DNA from: an uncultured Methanosarcinaceae archaeon
GTDB lineage: Archaea > Halobacteriota > Methanosarcinia > Methanosarcinales > Methanosarcinaceae
Reading direction: 5' to 3'
NCBI GenBank assembly: GCA_963721455.1
Contig: CAVRJG010000054.1
Coordinates: 128,001 to 192,000, forward strand
Length of the DNA: 64,000 nt
Shown here: positions 10,613 through 19,578 of the stretch, piece by piece
Position numbering within the stretch: position 1 is the stretch's first letter
How the letters are laid out: each line of letters begins with the position of its first letter
Program-made: the position numbers and the translations under genes
Notes under the pieces: model-generated
The model's database searches: none
Told to the model about the DNA's origin: nothing
The model's input: only the letters and a program-made list of their open reading frames with translations

Positions 10613-10664
10613 CTTGGGGAGTGCGGAGGGTCACGAATACCCCTTTTGGGTGGGGTGGCCGCAT
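10613..10664 (+). mobile_element. Miniature IS200/IS605-derived element
   Basis: CTTGGGGAGTGCGGAGG matches the TnpB element left end (rc 44682-44698) at 16/17. It is fused to GGGTGGGGTGGCCGCAT, similar to the IS200 right end at 7080-7096. Confidence 0.5.
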
Positions 10665-10802
10665 GCAATTTGATTTTAAGTTAATCAAAGCATCCTGAAA
10701 CAAGATTCAAGACCGTAGTTACTCCACGCTTCTTCGGCATCTCAGCAGGACAGATAAGCAATTCGAAATTTTCACCTAAAAATAGACCGCAATAAAAGTG
10801 GC

Positions 10803-11105
10803 TCAGTAATTTTCAAGCACGGAGCCGACAATGTTTTTGTAATTCTCTTTCAGGGAATAGACGTTGTGATCCCCGGTGACATTTATGCTCAGGATCCCGA
10901 GCCTTGTGTTCATAAGCCCTACCATAGCTGACACTCCCCGGTAGCTTACCTCGAAATTTCCTTTATCCAGGTAATCGTAAACTTCACCGGTGGTGAACTT
11001 GTCTCCGGTCAGGAAGAGGTTGAGCACAACCTTGCGTATCCCGTTTTCATCCCTGCCGAGATACTTTATCAATCTCGCTCTTACCCTTTCTTCCGCAGTT
11101 TGCAG
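10803..11105 (-). CDS. DUF2551-like small methanogen protein (wHTH-like), possible CTG start
   Basis: KYLGRDENGIRKVVL...SYRGVSAMVGLMNTRLGIL. Frame is open to CTG11105, 7 nt after GAGGTG. Confidence 0.75.
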   Translation of the reverse strand: MQTAEERVRARLIKYLGRDENGIRKVVLNLFLTGDKFTTGEVYDYLDKGNFEVSYRGVSAMVGLMNTRLGILSINVTGDHNVYSLKENYKNIVGSVLENY

Positions 11106-11867
11106 TTTCGGACACCTCAGTTAATGATAATTGAATTACATTGATCCAGCATTATATTACTCACTATTCTTCTACGTTATAAAATGTGCGACCTCCGAGC
11201 AAGGGCGCTAAGAAACGAATACCCTATATCCTTATCGTTTATATATTTTAGGATTGCTTTTTTGAATTATTTATATAATGTATGAATTTAATGTAACTAT
11301 TCAGGTATCAAAAAGTGACCCTATTGATCTCGATTAAGGTAATTCAGAGAACCCAAATTATTTGTCCGCAAAGGACTTAAAAACATTATCGTTTGACAGC
11401 AGTTAAATAAAATAGATTCATATAAATTACACGGAGAAAATCTGATAAATTGAGGTTATTAATCACGATTAATAGTGCTCGAATAGTTACAATTTAATGT
11501 TAATACAAGGTTTTTCAGCATGCTGTTAACGGTGATGAATAATCTACGTTTTCAACGGATTAAAATTTCCCGCTCTCAATGTTTAATAAAGTTTGAGGAT
11601 TGTGAACCGTGTTGAAAAAGGAGGAATTGTTTATATAGGATTTAAGTTCACAACACTTGAGCATAAACGACAATGCATATCGCAGGGAAAAGCGGGGGTG
11701 CCACCATTGGGCTGTATTCCAGCAACTCCAGAGTCATTTTCCTACCTCCCTCAAGCCCGGGTAAGGGGCAGGAGTTCTTCTCGATAATATCCTGCAGGGC
11801 TTCATTCAGTAAATTCTTTAGTATATGGAGAATATGAAATTTATATACGGAAATATAGTAGATATAC

Positions 11868-12551
11868 GTGAACTGTATGTGCAATAAGAATTTAACAATA
11901 CCTTTCCCCATTTCTCTTGAACATATTCCTTACCTGTGGGAACGGAGTGATGTTCTTATTCTTCTTGTTGACCTGGATAATTATGATACATTTAATACGG
12001 ACTGCCTCGGCAGGATAGAAATGGAACACCTTGAGGGTTTACAGACCAGTTATTTCAAGAAAAGATACACCGTCTCCAGAACGGTTCTGAAACATATCCT
12101 GTGCAGTATCCTTAACGAACGATCCACCTCCGATATATCCACATATAAAGACGGCCATGGGAGAGTCTGCATCCATAACCACAATGAACTGTACATATGT
12201 ATATCATATACTGAAAGCATTGCAGCCTTTGCAATATCAAAGATTGAGGTCGGTATTGATATCGAGCTTGGAAGAACACTGGCTCTTAAAAATACTCTAA
12301 AATACCTGCGTGAAAAACCTTCATTCACGGACGAACCTTTAAGTAAAACCGATCTTTTAAAAACATGGACTTTGAAAGAAGCCTATTATAAGTTTTCCAA
12401 TAAAAACATGCTTCCTAATTTAAATAAAGACCTGGATCTCAGCAGTGTCAGCCATTCGAGTTATGTTTTAGACAATAAATACATCTTTTCTGTCATTACT
12501 CGCTCGGATTCCCATATTATCAATATAAATCGCCTTCAGAAGATCGACTGA
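11868..12551 (+). CDS. Sfp-type 4'-phosphopantetheinyl transferase
   Basis: VGIDIE and WTLKEAYYK motifs; lies next to an ACP gene. Confidence 0.85.
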   Translation: MNCMCNKNLTIPFPISLEHIPYLWERSDVLILLVDLDNYDTFNTDCLGRIEMEHLEGLQTSYFKKRYTVSRTVLKHILCSILNERSTSDISTYKDGHGRVCIHNHNELYICISYTESIAAFAISKIEVGIDIELGRTLALKNTLKYLREKPSFTDEPLSKTDLLKTWTLKEAYYKFSNKNMLPNLNKDLDLSSVSHSSYVLDNKYIFSVITRSDSHIININRLQKID

Positions 12552-12920
12552 AACTGGGACTGAATATGTTCGATAAAATCTAAGGTTTAAAATGGCGTCT
12601 GAAGTGGAAATATAAACGATTGTAATAATAAATACCCAAAAGGAACATCGACCACTTAAGTAGTTCAGGCAACTTTTGAAAGCTGTCACATTAAATCCTG
12701 TGAATATCCGGCGAAACCTCATGTATTTATTTTTCTGTATATTGCAATTTTTTGCATCCTGTAATATCTTTTCTCGACCTTATTTGTGTGCGGGTAATTA
12801 AATCGGTCACACTATTTCTTCCGTGAGGTAGCTAAATTTGTATCATCCGAGTGCACTAAATTGATTTTACTCAAAATTTTCCATTTTTGTCAGAACGTTT
12901 TTGTTAGCGGAAAAGTTTCT

Positions 12921-12935
12921 CAAATTATTTATATA
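12921..12935 (+). promoter_or_regulatory. Putative TATA box for the ACP operon
   Basis: TTTATATA at 12928-12935, about 105 nt before ATG13042. Confidence 0.45.
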
Positions 12936-13041
12936 GTTGTATTACGTATTTAGCAGTGGGGATTTCACGTTATTATGGACAGTGATGTGTGTTACACACA
13001 ATCGATGGTCCACTAAACGAAAACAAAGGGGATAACAATAC

Positions 13042-13287
13042 ATGGAACAGATAAAGAATGATATAGTCGATTATTTGAAAGCTAATTCTTTTATGGACAA
13101 TAACACCAACTTGAAAGATAATGATTCTCTCACTCAGGACGGCATTATAGATTCCATTGGTCTGCTTGAACTTATGGACTATATCTGTGATAAATATTCT
13201 ATTGTGATTCCTGAAGATATGCTGACACCGGAAAATTTTGACTCGTTGCAGGGAATTACTAATATGATAACCAAACTGGCGAAGTGA
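13042..13287 (+). CDS. Acyl/aminoacyl carrier protein
   Basis: 81 aa, acidic; GIIDSIGLLEL (Ser38 attachment site) and LTPENFDS; AGGGGG RBS. Confidence 0.92.
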   Translation: MEQIKNDIVDYLKANSFMDNNTNLKDNDSLTQDGIIDSIGLLELMDYICDKYSIVIPEDMLTPENFDSLQGITNMITKLAK

Positions 13288-14771
13288 ATAATATGCGAAT
13301 TGATGCGTATATCACAGAATACGCCAGAAATGCTCCTCAAAACATTGCCCTGGAAGAGGGTAAAAGTTCGATTACCTATAGCTGCCTTGATAAGGATATA
13401 AATGCCATTGCTTTACCTTTGATGGATTTTAAGCATTGCAGATTTGCAATACTTGCAGAGTCAGGCATACAGTATATAAAGATCCTCATGGCGGTTTATC
13501 GGTCAGTTAATATCGCAATCCCTCTGCCAATAGAATTTCCTAAATTCAGTCTTGAAAGAATCCTTGATGCTGCCCATATCAATAATATCATTACAACCGA
13601 TACGCAGTATTCAAGATTCGGGGACGATTTTTTTGAGCATTTTGGAACCGTAGTCGTTGTTTCCGGTGATACTTCCGTGGAGATTCTGCATAAGAAGATC
13701 GGAACCGAGTCAAATAATCCGGAACTGCGGCTGGTTCTGTACACTTCCGGCACAACAGGCACTCCAAAAGGGGTAATGTTAAGCGACAGAAACCTGGTAG
13801 CAAACGCAACGTCAATAATAGAGGTACTTGGCATAACCTCCAGAGATAAAGCAGCACTGATAATATCACCACACCACGCTTTTGGAAATTCCATAATTAA
13901 TTCCCACCTGATGGCCGGCGGCTCCATCAGAATTGGAAACATGAATTTTATAGACTCGGTTTTCAACCTTATAAGAGCAGGCGTATCCATATTCTATGGA
14001 GTGCCCAGTACTTACCGTATACTCCTCAGGTATCCAGATAGATTCAAAAAAGCTTTTACTAACGTCAGAACCGCTGCGTCCGCAGGCGGAGGTATGGATC
14101 GGGAAATTGTAAAAGATATTAGAGAGTTTACCACCAATATGGAAATTCTGCCAATGTATGGGCAGACTGAAGCCACAGCAAGGCTTGCCTACCTGCCAGC
14201 AGAAGACGTGGATAAATTCATTGACACTATAGGAAAAGCGATTCCAGGGGTCATGCTGGATGTCTTCGATTCCGAGTCCAGGTCAGTAGAACCTAATATA
14301 ACTGGCGAACTGGTTGCCAGAGGGGATAACATTCTGTTAGGTTATCTGGACGATGAAATTGCCACCGAGAAGAGGATTATAAACGGGTGGCTGCATACCG
14401 GGGATCTCGCACAGAAATTGCCAAATGGGTATATCAGACTGCTGGGACGCAAGGATGATCTTATTAAAATCGGTGATCATCGAGTGAACCCGAGAGAAAT
14501 TGAGAGAAATATAGAAGAAAATAACGAGGTCTCGAAGGTTTTTGTTGTACCTGTAGACCATGAGCTTATGGGAACCGCGATTAGCCTCCTGATCATACCT
14601 GCAGAAGGAACTAAAATCGAAAATTTGTTTGCATTCTGCCGGAAGAGCCTGCCAGGTTACCTCTGCCCAAGAGAAATACTATTCATCGATCATCTGCCCT
14701 TGAGCGAGAACGGGAAAATATCCAATCGATCTATCATAGAGGAATATAAACATGTCAAAGCTAGTATGTAA
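13284..14771 (+). CDS. AMP-binding adenylation enzyme (acyl-/aminoacyl-ACP ligase-like)
   Basis: YTSGTTGTPKG, YGQTE, TGD, GRKDDLIK, NGK motifs; GTGA overlap with ACP. Confidence 0.9.
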   Translation: MNNMRIDAYITEYARNAPQNIALEEGKSSITYSCLDKDINAIALPLMDFKHCRFAILAESGIQYIKILMAVYRSVNIAIPLPIEFPKFSLERILDAAHINNIITTDTQYSRFGDDFFEHFGTVVVVSGDTSVEILHKKIGTESNNPELRLVLYTSGTTGTPKGVMLSDRNLVANATSIIEVLGITSRDKAALIISPHHAFGNSIINSHLMAGGSIRIGNMNFIDSVFNLIRAGVSIFYGVPSTYRILLRYPDRFKKAFTNVRTAASAGGGMDREIVKDIREFTTNMEILPMYGQTEATARLAYLPAEDVDKFIDTIGKAIPGVMLDVFDSESRSVEPNITGELVARGDNILLGYLDDEIATEKRIINGWLHTGDLAQKLPNGYIRLLGRKDDLIKIGDHRVNPREIERNIEENNEVSKVFVVPVDHELMGTAISLLIIPAEGTKIENLFAFCRKSLPGYLCPREILFIDHLPLSENGKISNRSIIEEYKHVKASM

Positions 14772-15792
14772 AAAGTGTGTTCTGGATTCGGACATTCCAG
14801 GTATACAGATTAATGAGGAAAGTGGTCTCTGCCATTTCTGCGAGACATATGCTCCTCTTTCTTCACAGGAAAAGAACGAGTATCTGACCAAAATTGAAGA
14901 ACTTTTTGAACAATACAGGGGAAAGGGTAAGTACGACGTTATTTATGCACTTTCCGGTGGAAAAGACTCATCATACACGCTTTACAAACTCAAAAAAGAC
15001 TATCCTTTCCTGAAGGTGCTGGCTGTCCAGTTCGATAACGGGTTCACTTCCGAAGGCGCAATAAAAAACGCAAAAAAGATGTGCAAGATCACAGGCTCCG
15101 ATTATTACCAGCTGACAATGGAAACGGAAATACTTTACGATACATTCAGAAAAGCAGCCGAATCGTACGATGCATTTCCCAAGTTTGCTAAATACCGGGC
15201 AAGTGACATCTGTAATGTCTGTATCACTATCATCAAACAGAAACTGATCGAACAGGCAATTATTCAGAAAGCACCTTTTATTGTATTTGCTTTCACAGCC
15301 GGCCAGTCCCCAAATCCCATTATTAACCTTTCGCCCAATTTTATACAGTGGTCCAGGAACCTATTTAAAAAACAGCTTGAAAAAATAGACGTCGAAGATA
15401 AAGATGAGATATTCCTCCTAAAAAGTAAGGTTATTGAAAATATGGGGGAAACTGCTCTAAGTATCCTGCATCCACTGTGTTTATGGGAGTATAGCGAAGA
15501 TAAAGTGCTGGAGGCACTTCTGGAAATCGGATGGGAACAACCTGGTATCAATGACAGTAATTCAACCAATTGTACATTGAACTCTTTTGCCTGCTATAAT
15601 CACCTGGAAAAATATGGATTCCACCCATATGCCTTTGATACAGCAGGGCTTGTCCGAAGCGGAGAAATGTCGAGGGAAGAAGGATTCGAAAAAATCAACC
15701 AGGAACTGTCACAGCCATTGATAGAAGAAGCTGCACAGAAGCTTAAATTGAATGTAACGAATTCTAAAAAAATGGCAACTGTTCGGATTTGA
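14752..15792 (+). CDS. PP-loop ATP pyrophosphatase, N-acetyl-sugar amidotransferase-like
   Basis: N-terminal CKKCVL...CHFC, LSGGKDS PP-loop, CNVC, STNC, VRSGEMSREE. Confidence 0.75.
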   Translation: MSKLVCKKCVLDSDIPGIQINEESGLCHFCETYAPLSSQEKNEYLTKIEELFEQYRGKGKYDVIYALSGGKDSSYTLYKLKKDYPFLKVLAVQFDNGFTSEGAIKNAKKMCKITGSDYYQLTMETEILYDTFRKAAESYDAFPKFAKYRASDICNVCITIIKQKLIEQAIIQKAPFIVFAFTAGQSPNPIINLSPNFIQWSRNLFKKQLEKIDVEDKDEIFLLKSKVIENMGETALSILHPLCLWEYSEDKVLEALLEIGWEQPGINDSNSTNCTLNSFACYNHLEKYGFHPYAFDTAGLVRSGEMSREEGFEKINQELSQPLIEEAAQKLKLNVTNSKKMATVRI

Positions 15793-15828
15793 TCCTTATA
15801 TAATCAGTCTAATCATGGGGGAAATACT

Positions 15829-16821
15829 ATGCAGGTAGTGAAAGAACTGAATGTGCCGATAATGGAAGAACTGAACAGAGACATCGAAAATTTAGCCTTG
15901 AATATCAGGGGTTTTATCAAAAATCAGATTGTAGGTTTTAAGAAAAAAGGAGCAGTTTTAGGTGTTTCAGGTGGGATTGATTCAGCTGTAGCTCTTACCC
16001 TTTGCGTACAGGAGCTTGGAAAAGAAAACGTGTACGGAATCCTCCTGCCTGAAAAAGAATCGGCTCCTTCCAGTAAAACTCTGGGTGCAGAAATCTGCGA
16101 AAGCCTGGGTGTGGAATATGAGGAGGTTCCCATATCTCCAATCCTGGAATCACTTAACATTTACGAGAAGAAAGAACAGATCATAAAAAGAACCTGCCCA
16201 GAATATGATGCCAGAATACACAAAACGTCACTGGTACTGCCTGATTTCCTTGACCAGGGACTTTTGAATGTTCCTTCTATTCGGCTGATAAAAGATGGGG
16301 AGGCGGTCGCAAAGTACAGGTTGAAGGCAAATGACTATCTGGAACTGATCGGGTTGCAGGGGGTCAAGCAGCGGTCCAGAATGGTAATTCAGTATATGTA
16401 CGCTGAAAAGATGAATTACGTGGTGTGCGGGACAACCAACAAGACCGAACTGATCCTCGGGCAGTTCGTAAAATATGGGGACGGAGGTGTAGATCTCGAA
16501 CCTCTGGCTGACTGTTATAAGACCCAGATCTATGCTCTGGGTAAATACTTGCATATCAATGAAGAGATTATGACGCGCCCTCCAAGTGCTGATACATGGA
16601 GCCATTATACTACTGATGAAGAGTTTTACTGGCGCATGCCCATTCAAACAATGGATCAGTTGCTATATTCTCAGGAACATCATTTACCCTTGCAGGTAAT
16701 TGAAAAGAACACCGGGCTTTCCAGAGACAAGGTCGAAAAAGCTCAAAAACACATTAATAGAATAAGAAATACCACCGAATACGTTCGGGCTGCTCCTCCC
16801 GTTTACTATCTTAACAGATAA
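15829..16821 (+). CDS. nadE: NH3-dependent NAD+ synthetase-like protein
   Basis: GVSGGIDS, KQRSRM, GTTNKTE, GQFVKYGDG, YKTQIY, PPSAD. Confidence 0.85.
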   Translation: MQVVKELNVPIMEELNRDIENLALNIRGFIKNQIVGFKKKGAVLGVSGGIDSAVALTLCVQELGKENVYGILLPEKESAPSSKTLGAEICESLGVEYEEVPISPILESLNIYEKKEQIIKRTCPEYDARIHKTSLVLPDFLDQGLLNVPSIRLIKDGEAVAKYRLKANDYLELIGLQGVKQRSRMVIQYMYAEKMNYVVCGTTNKTELILGQFVKYGDGGVDLEPLADCYKTQIYALGKYLHINEEIMTRPPSADTWSHYTTDEEFYWRMPIQTMDQLLYSQEHHLPLQVIEKNTGLSRDKVEKAQKHINRIRNTTEYVRAAPPVYYLNR

Positions 16822-16845
16822 GCTGGAGAAAGATAAATGCCTGGG

Positions 16846-16897
16846 GGCAAAGTCGTAATAATCCCAAACCTCAGATTGGAGGAGTTACGGCTTTGCC
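16846..16897. other. Intergenic stem-loop
   Basis: GGCAAAGTCGTAA ... TTACGGCTTTGCC inverted repeat after the nadE-like gene. Confidence 0.45.
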
Positions 16898-16999
16898 TGT
16901 AGCAAAAAATCTGATCCTAAACTGCATAGATTACTGCGGTAGATAGGCGGCAGATGATGTAATTATAATTAACATAAATTTATTCAATGTATAAAATGT

Positions 17000-18139
17000 G
17001 TGATTATGGACACCAGGGTTTCTATTGTTCGCTGTAGCGATTATTCAAATGCAAAAGACGCGATAAGAGAGTCGCTTAACCTTATAGGCGGCCTTGAGAA
17101 GATTATAGCTCCTGGCAACCGCGTATTGCTCAAACCCAATGTACTTGCTATTCGACCGCCAGAGGATGCTGTCACAACCCATCCGGCAGTAGTAGCAGCA
17201 ATGTGTGAACTGGTTTCAGAGGCGGGCGGCATTCCAATTATAGGCGACGGCTCCGGCATTGTAAAACCCGGATCTACTACCACTTCGCAGGCATTTAAAG
17301 CATCCGGAATTGAGAATGCTGCTTCCGGTTGCGGGGCAGAACTCATTAATTTTGAGACCTCAGGTTTTGTTGAGGTTGATGTTCCAGGCGCCAGGCAGTT
17401 CTCGCGGCTTCATATCTCAAGAGCAGTACTTGAGGCAGATGTAATAATTTCGCTTCCAAAGCTCAAGACCCATGAACTCACGCTATATACAGGTGCTGTC
17501 AAAAATTTCTTTGGCACCGTGCCTCAGAAAAACCGAAAACAAGCTCACTTCCTGGAAGATCGTGGCCGTTTCGGAGAAGCAGTTGTTGATATATATTCTG
17601 TCGTCAAACCTCAGCTCGCTGTTATGGACGGTGTGGTCGGAATGGAAGGGAATGGCCCGGCCAACGGTACACCTGTTTTTGCAGGCGTGATTATGGCAAG
17701 TTATGACTGCGTAGCCCTGGATATCGTGGCCTCTGAGCTCATAGGAATTGATCCTTTGAAGGTTCCTACAAATAAAGCTGCACTCTCAAGGGGGTTCGGA
17801 ACCGAACATCCTGAGATTACAGGGGTGCCTCTGGACGAGGTAAAGGTCAGATTCAAAAGGCCAGAAGGTGGAATCACTGCCTTCGTACCGTCTTTTCTTA
17901 TGAGGGTCCTTCGAAGGCAGTTAACTGTAAAACCCGTTATCAACACCTCAAGCTGTGCGCTTTGCAAAGCATGTGTTTTGAACTGTTCGGCACATGCCAT
18001 TGAAGAAGCAGGTAGTGCACTCAAAATCAACGAGGAAAAATGCATCCAGTGTTATTGTTGCCGAGAACTTTGCCCTAACGATGCTGTAGAAATTAAAAAA
18101 TCACTGCTTCTAAAGCTTATAACCAGAAGTAAAAGCTAA
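17000..18139 (+). CDS. DUF362 domain plus 2x[4Fe-4S] ferredoxin-domain protein
   Basis: LLKPN, TTHP, PKLKTH, GMEGNGP; CALCKACVLNC and CIQCYCCRELCP. Confidence 0.88.
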   Translation: MIMDTRVSIVRCSDYSNAKDAIRESLNLIGGLEKIIAPGNRVLLKPNVLAIRPPEDAVTTHPAVVAAMCELVSEAGGIPIIGDGSGIVKPGSTTTSQAFKASGIENAASGCGAELINFETSGFVEVDVPGARQFSRLHISRAVLEADVIISLPKLKTHELTLYTGAVKNFFGTVPQKNRKQAHFLEDRGRFGEAVVDIYSVVKPQLAVMDGVVGMEGNGPANGTPVFAGVIMASYDCVALDIVASELIGIDPLKVPTNKAALSRGFGTEHPEITGVPLDEVKVRFKRPEGGITAFVPSFLMRVLRRQLTVKPVINTSSCALCKACVLNCSAHAIEEAGSALKINEEKCIQCYCCRELCPNDAVEIKKSLLLKLITRSKS

Positions 18140-18294
18140 CAGAAGAGTTGTCTGGAAGTTCGTTTATTCAGCATGCTGGAAATCAGTGTATTCAGCATAT
18201 TATCAATGTCAAAATTAATTAAGCACGAACTGTAGAAATTTATTTATTAGTTAAAGCACAATTAAAAAGTAGTACAAAATAATTTAACAGTAAA

Positions 18295-18843
18295 ATGGGG
18301 GGTATTAGCATGACTACTGTAGTGTCTACCAGAGATCAAGTAACCTTTCGTGAAGTTGCGGACCATTACCACAGTAATATATTTCTGTTTGGCATGAAAT
18401 ATTTAAAAAACTGGATTCTGGAACGGCTTGCTTCAAGCGCTCCTGTCCCGTCCTGGAGAGCTAAATTACACAGGATGCGGGGTGTAAATCTCGGAAAGAA
18501 TGTATATGTTGGCTATGACGTAATTTTTGATCGGATTCACCCTGAATTAATTACAGTAGGGGATTATGCTGAAATCGGCGATCGGTGCATACTATCTGCA
18601 CATTCGAGAGGGAGTTTGACTACAAGACAGGCATATCCGAGAACTACGGATCCCATAAAAATCGGACGCGGAGCTCTTGTGAATTCGGGATGTATAATCA
18701 CACAGGGTGTCGAAATCGGGGAAAACTCAATAATAGGCATCGGATCCGTAGTTACTCGCGATATCTCTCCAAATAGTCTTGCTCTGGGCTACCCTGCCAG
18801 AGTTGTTAAAAAGCTTGAAGGTGTAGGCGAGCTTCAAACCTGA
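18295..18843 (+). CDS. Hexapeptide-repeat (LbH) acyltransferase
   Basis: IGRGALVNSGCIITQGVEIGENSIIGIGSVVTRD...GYPARVVK. Confidence 0.88.
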   Translation: MGGISMTTVVSTRDQVTFREVADHYHSNIFLFGMKYLKNWILERLASSAPVPSWRAKLHRMRGVNLGKNVYVGYDVIFDRIHPELITVGDYAEIGDRCILSAHSRGSLTTRQAYPRTTDPIKIGRGALVNSGCIITQGVEIGENSIIGIGSVVTRDISPNSLALGYPARVVKKLEGVGELQT

Positions 18844-18860
18844 TTTTAACACCTTCATGA

Positions 18861-19445
18861 TTATTTTTCGGATTTATATTTGAATTCAAAGCCAAATTGA
18901 TTCAAGGCAAACAATGCCATCATTATTATACAGCAAATAAAAAAAACCGATACAAAAGATACTATCAGGTAGTGAAATAGCCCGGTTTCCTGAAAACTTA
19001 TATCCATCATTGAAAATACACTGATATCTTTATCGTATAATGGATAAAGGTACTCGCAGCCGCCTTCACTAATATCATCCAGCAATAGGTGTGAAAGGAG
19101 AGCAGCCTCTGCAAAAAGGCCAAGGTATATTGCCCTGCCAGGCTCCCTGAATATAGCATATCCTGTAATTGTCCCGAACAGGATTGCAGGAAAACTGAAT
19201 AGAATAGAATGTGTTGGAACCGGGCCAATAGAGCAATGTTCCATAGTACCGTTTACGAATAAATTGTAAACAATCATGATATCCGGGAATAAAGCACATA
19301 AACTGCCTACGGACAGCAGCAATAGTAAAGGCATTGAACTCTTGAAAGAGAGTTCCCTCCGAAAAAGTAATCTGAGAGCAGCATAGACTGCTACTGCGTT
19401 GATACACAACACAAAGAATAATACATGTACAACCGGATAGGGCAT
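18861..19445 (-). CDS. YdjM-like membrane metal-dependent hydrolase
   Basis: H, FPD, THS, SHLLLD and LYP motifs in a TM protein. Confidence 0.8.
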   Translation of the reverse strand: MPYPVVHVLFFVLCINAVAVYAALRLLFRRELSFKSSMPLLLLLSVGSLCALFPDIMIVYNLFVNGTMEHCSIGPVPTHSILFSFPAILFGTITGYAIFREPGRAIYLGLFAEAALLSHLLLDDISEGGCEYLYPLYDKDISVFSMMDISFQETGLFHYLIVSFVSVFFICCIIMMALFALNQFGFEFKYKSEK

Positions 19446-19578
19446 AAGAAAGCACTTCTAATTATTTTCTAAACATAAAGAACTATTTGAATCTCAGAAA
19501 TAAACTTGTTTCTAAACTATATAACATTTTTTACAAACATCGACTGGGGAAAATATTACCTGAGAAAATCTGATTAAA

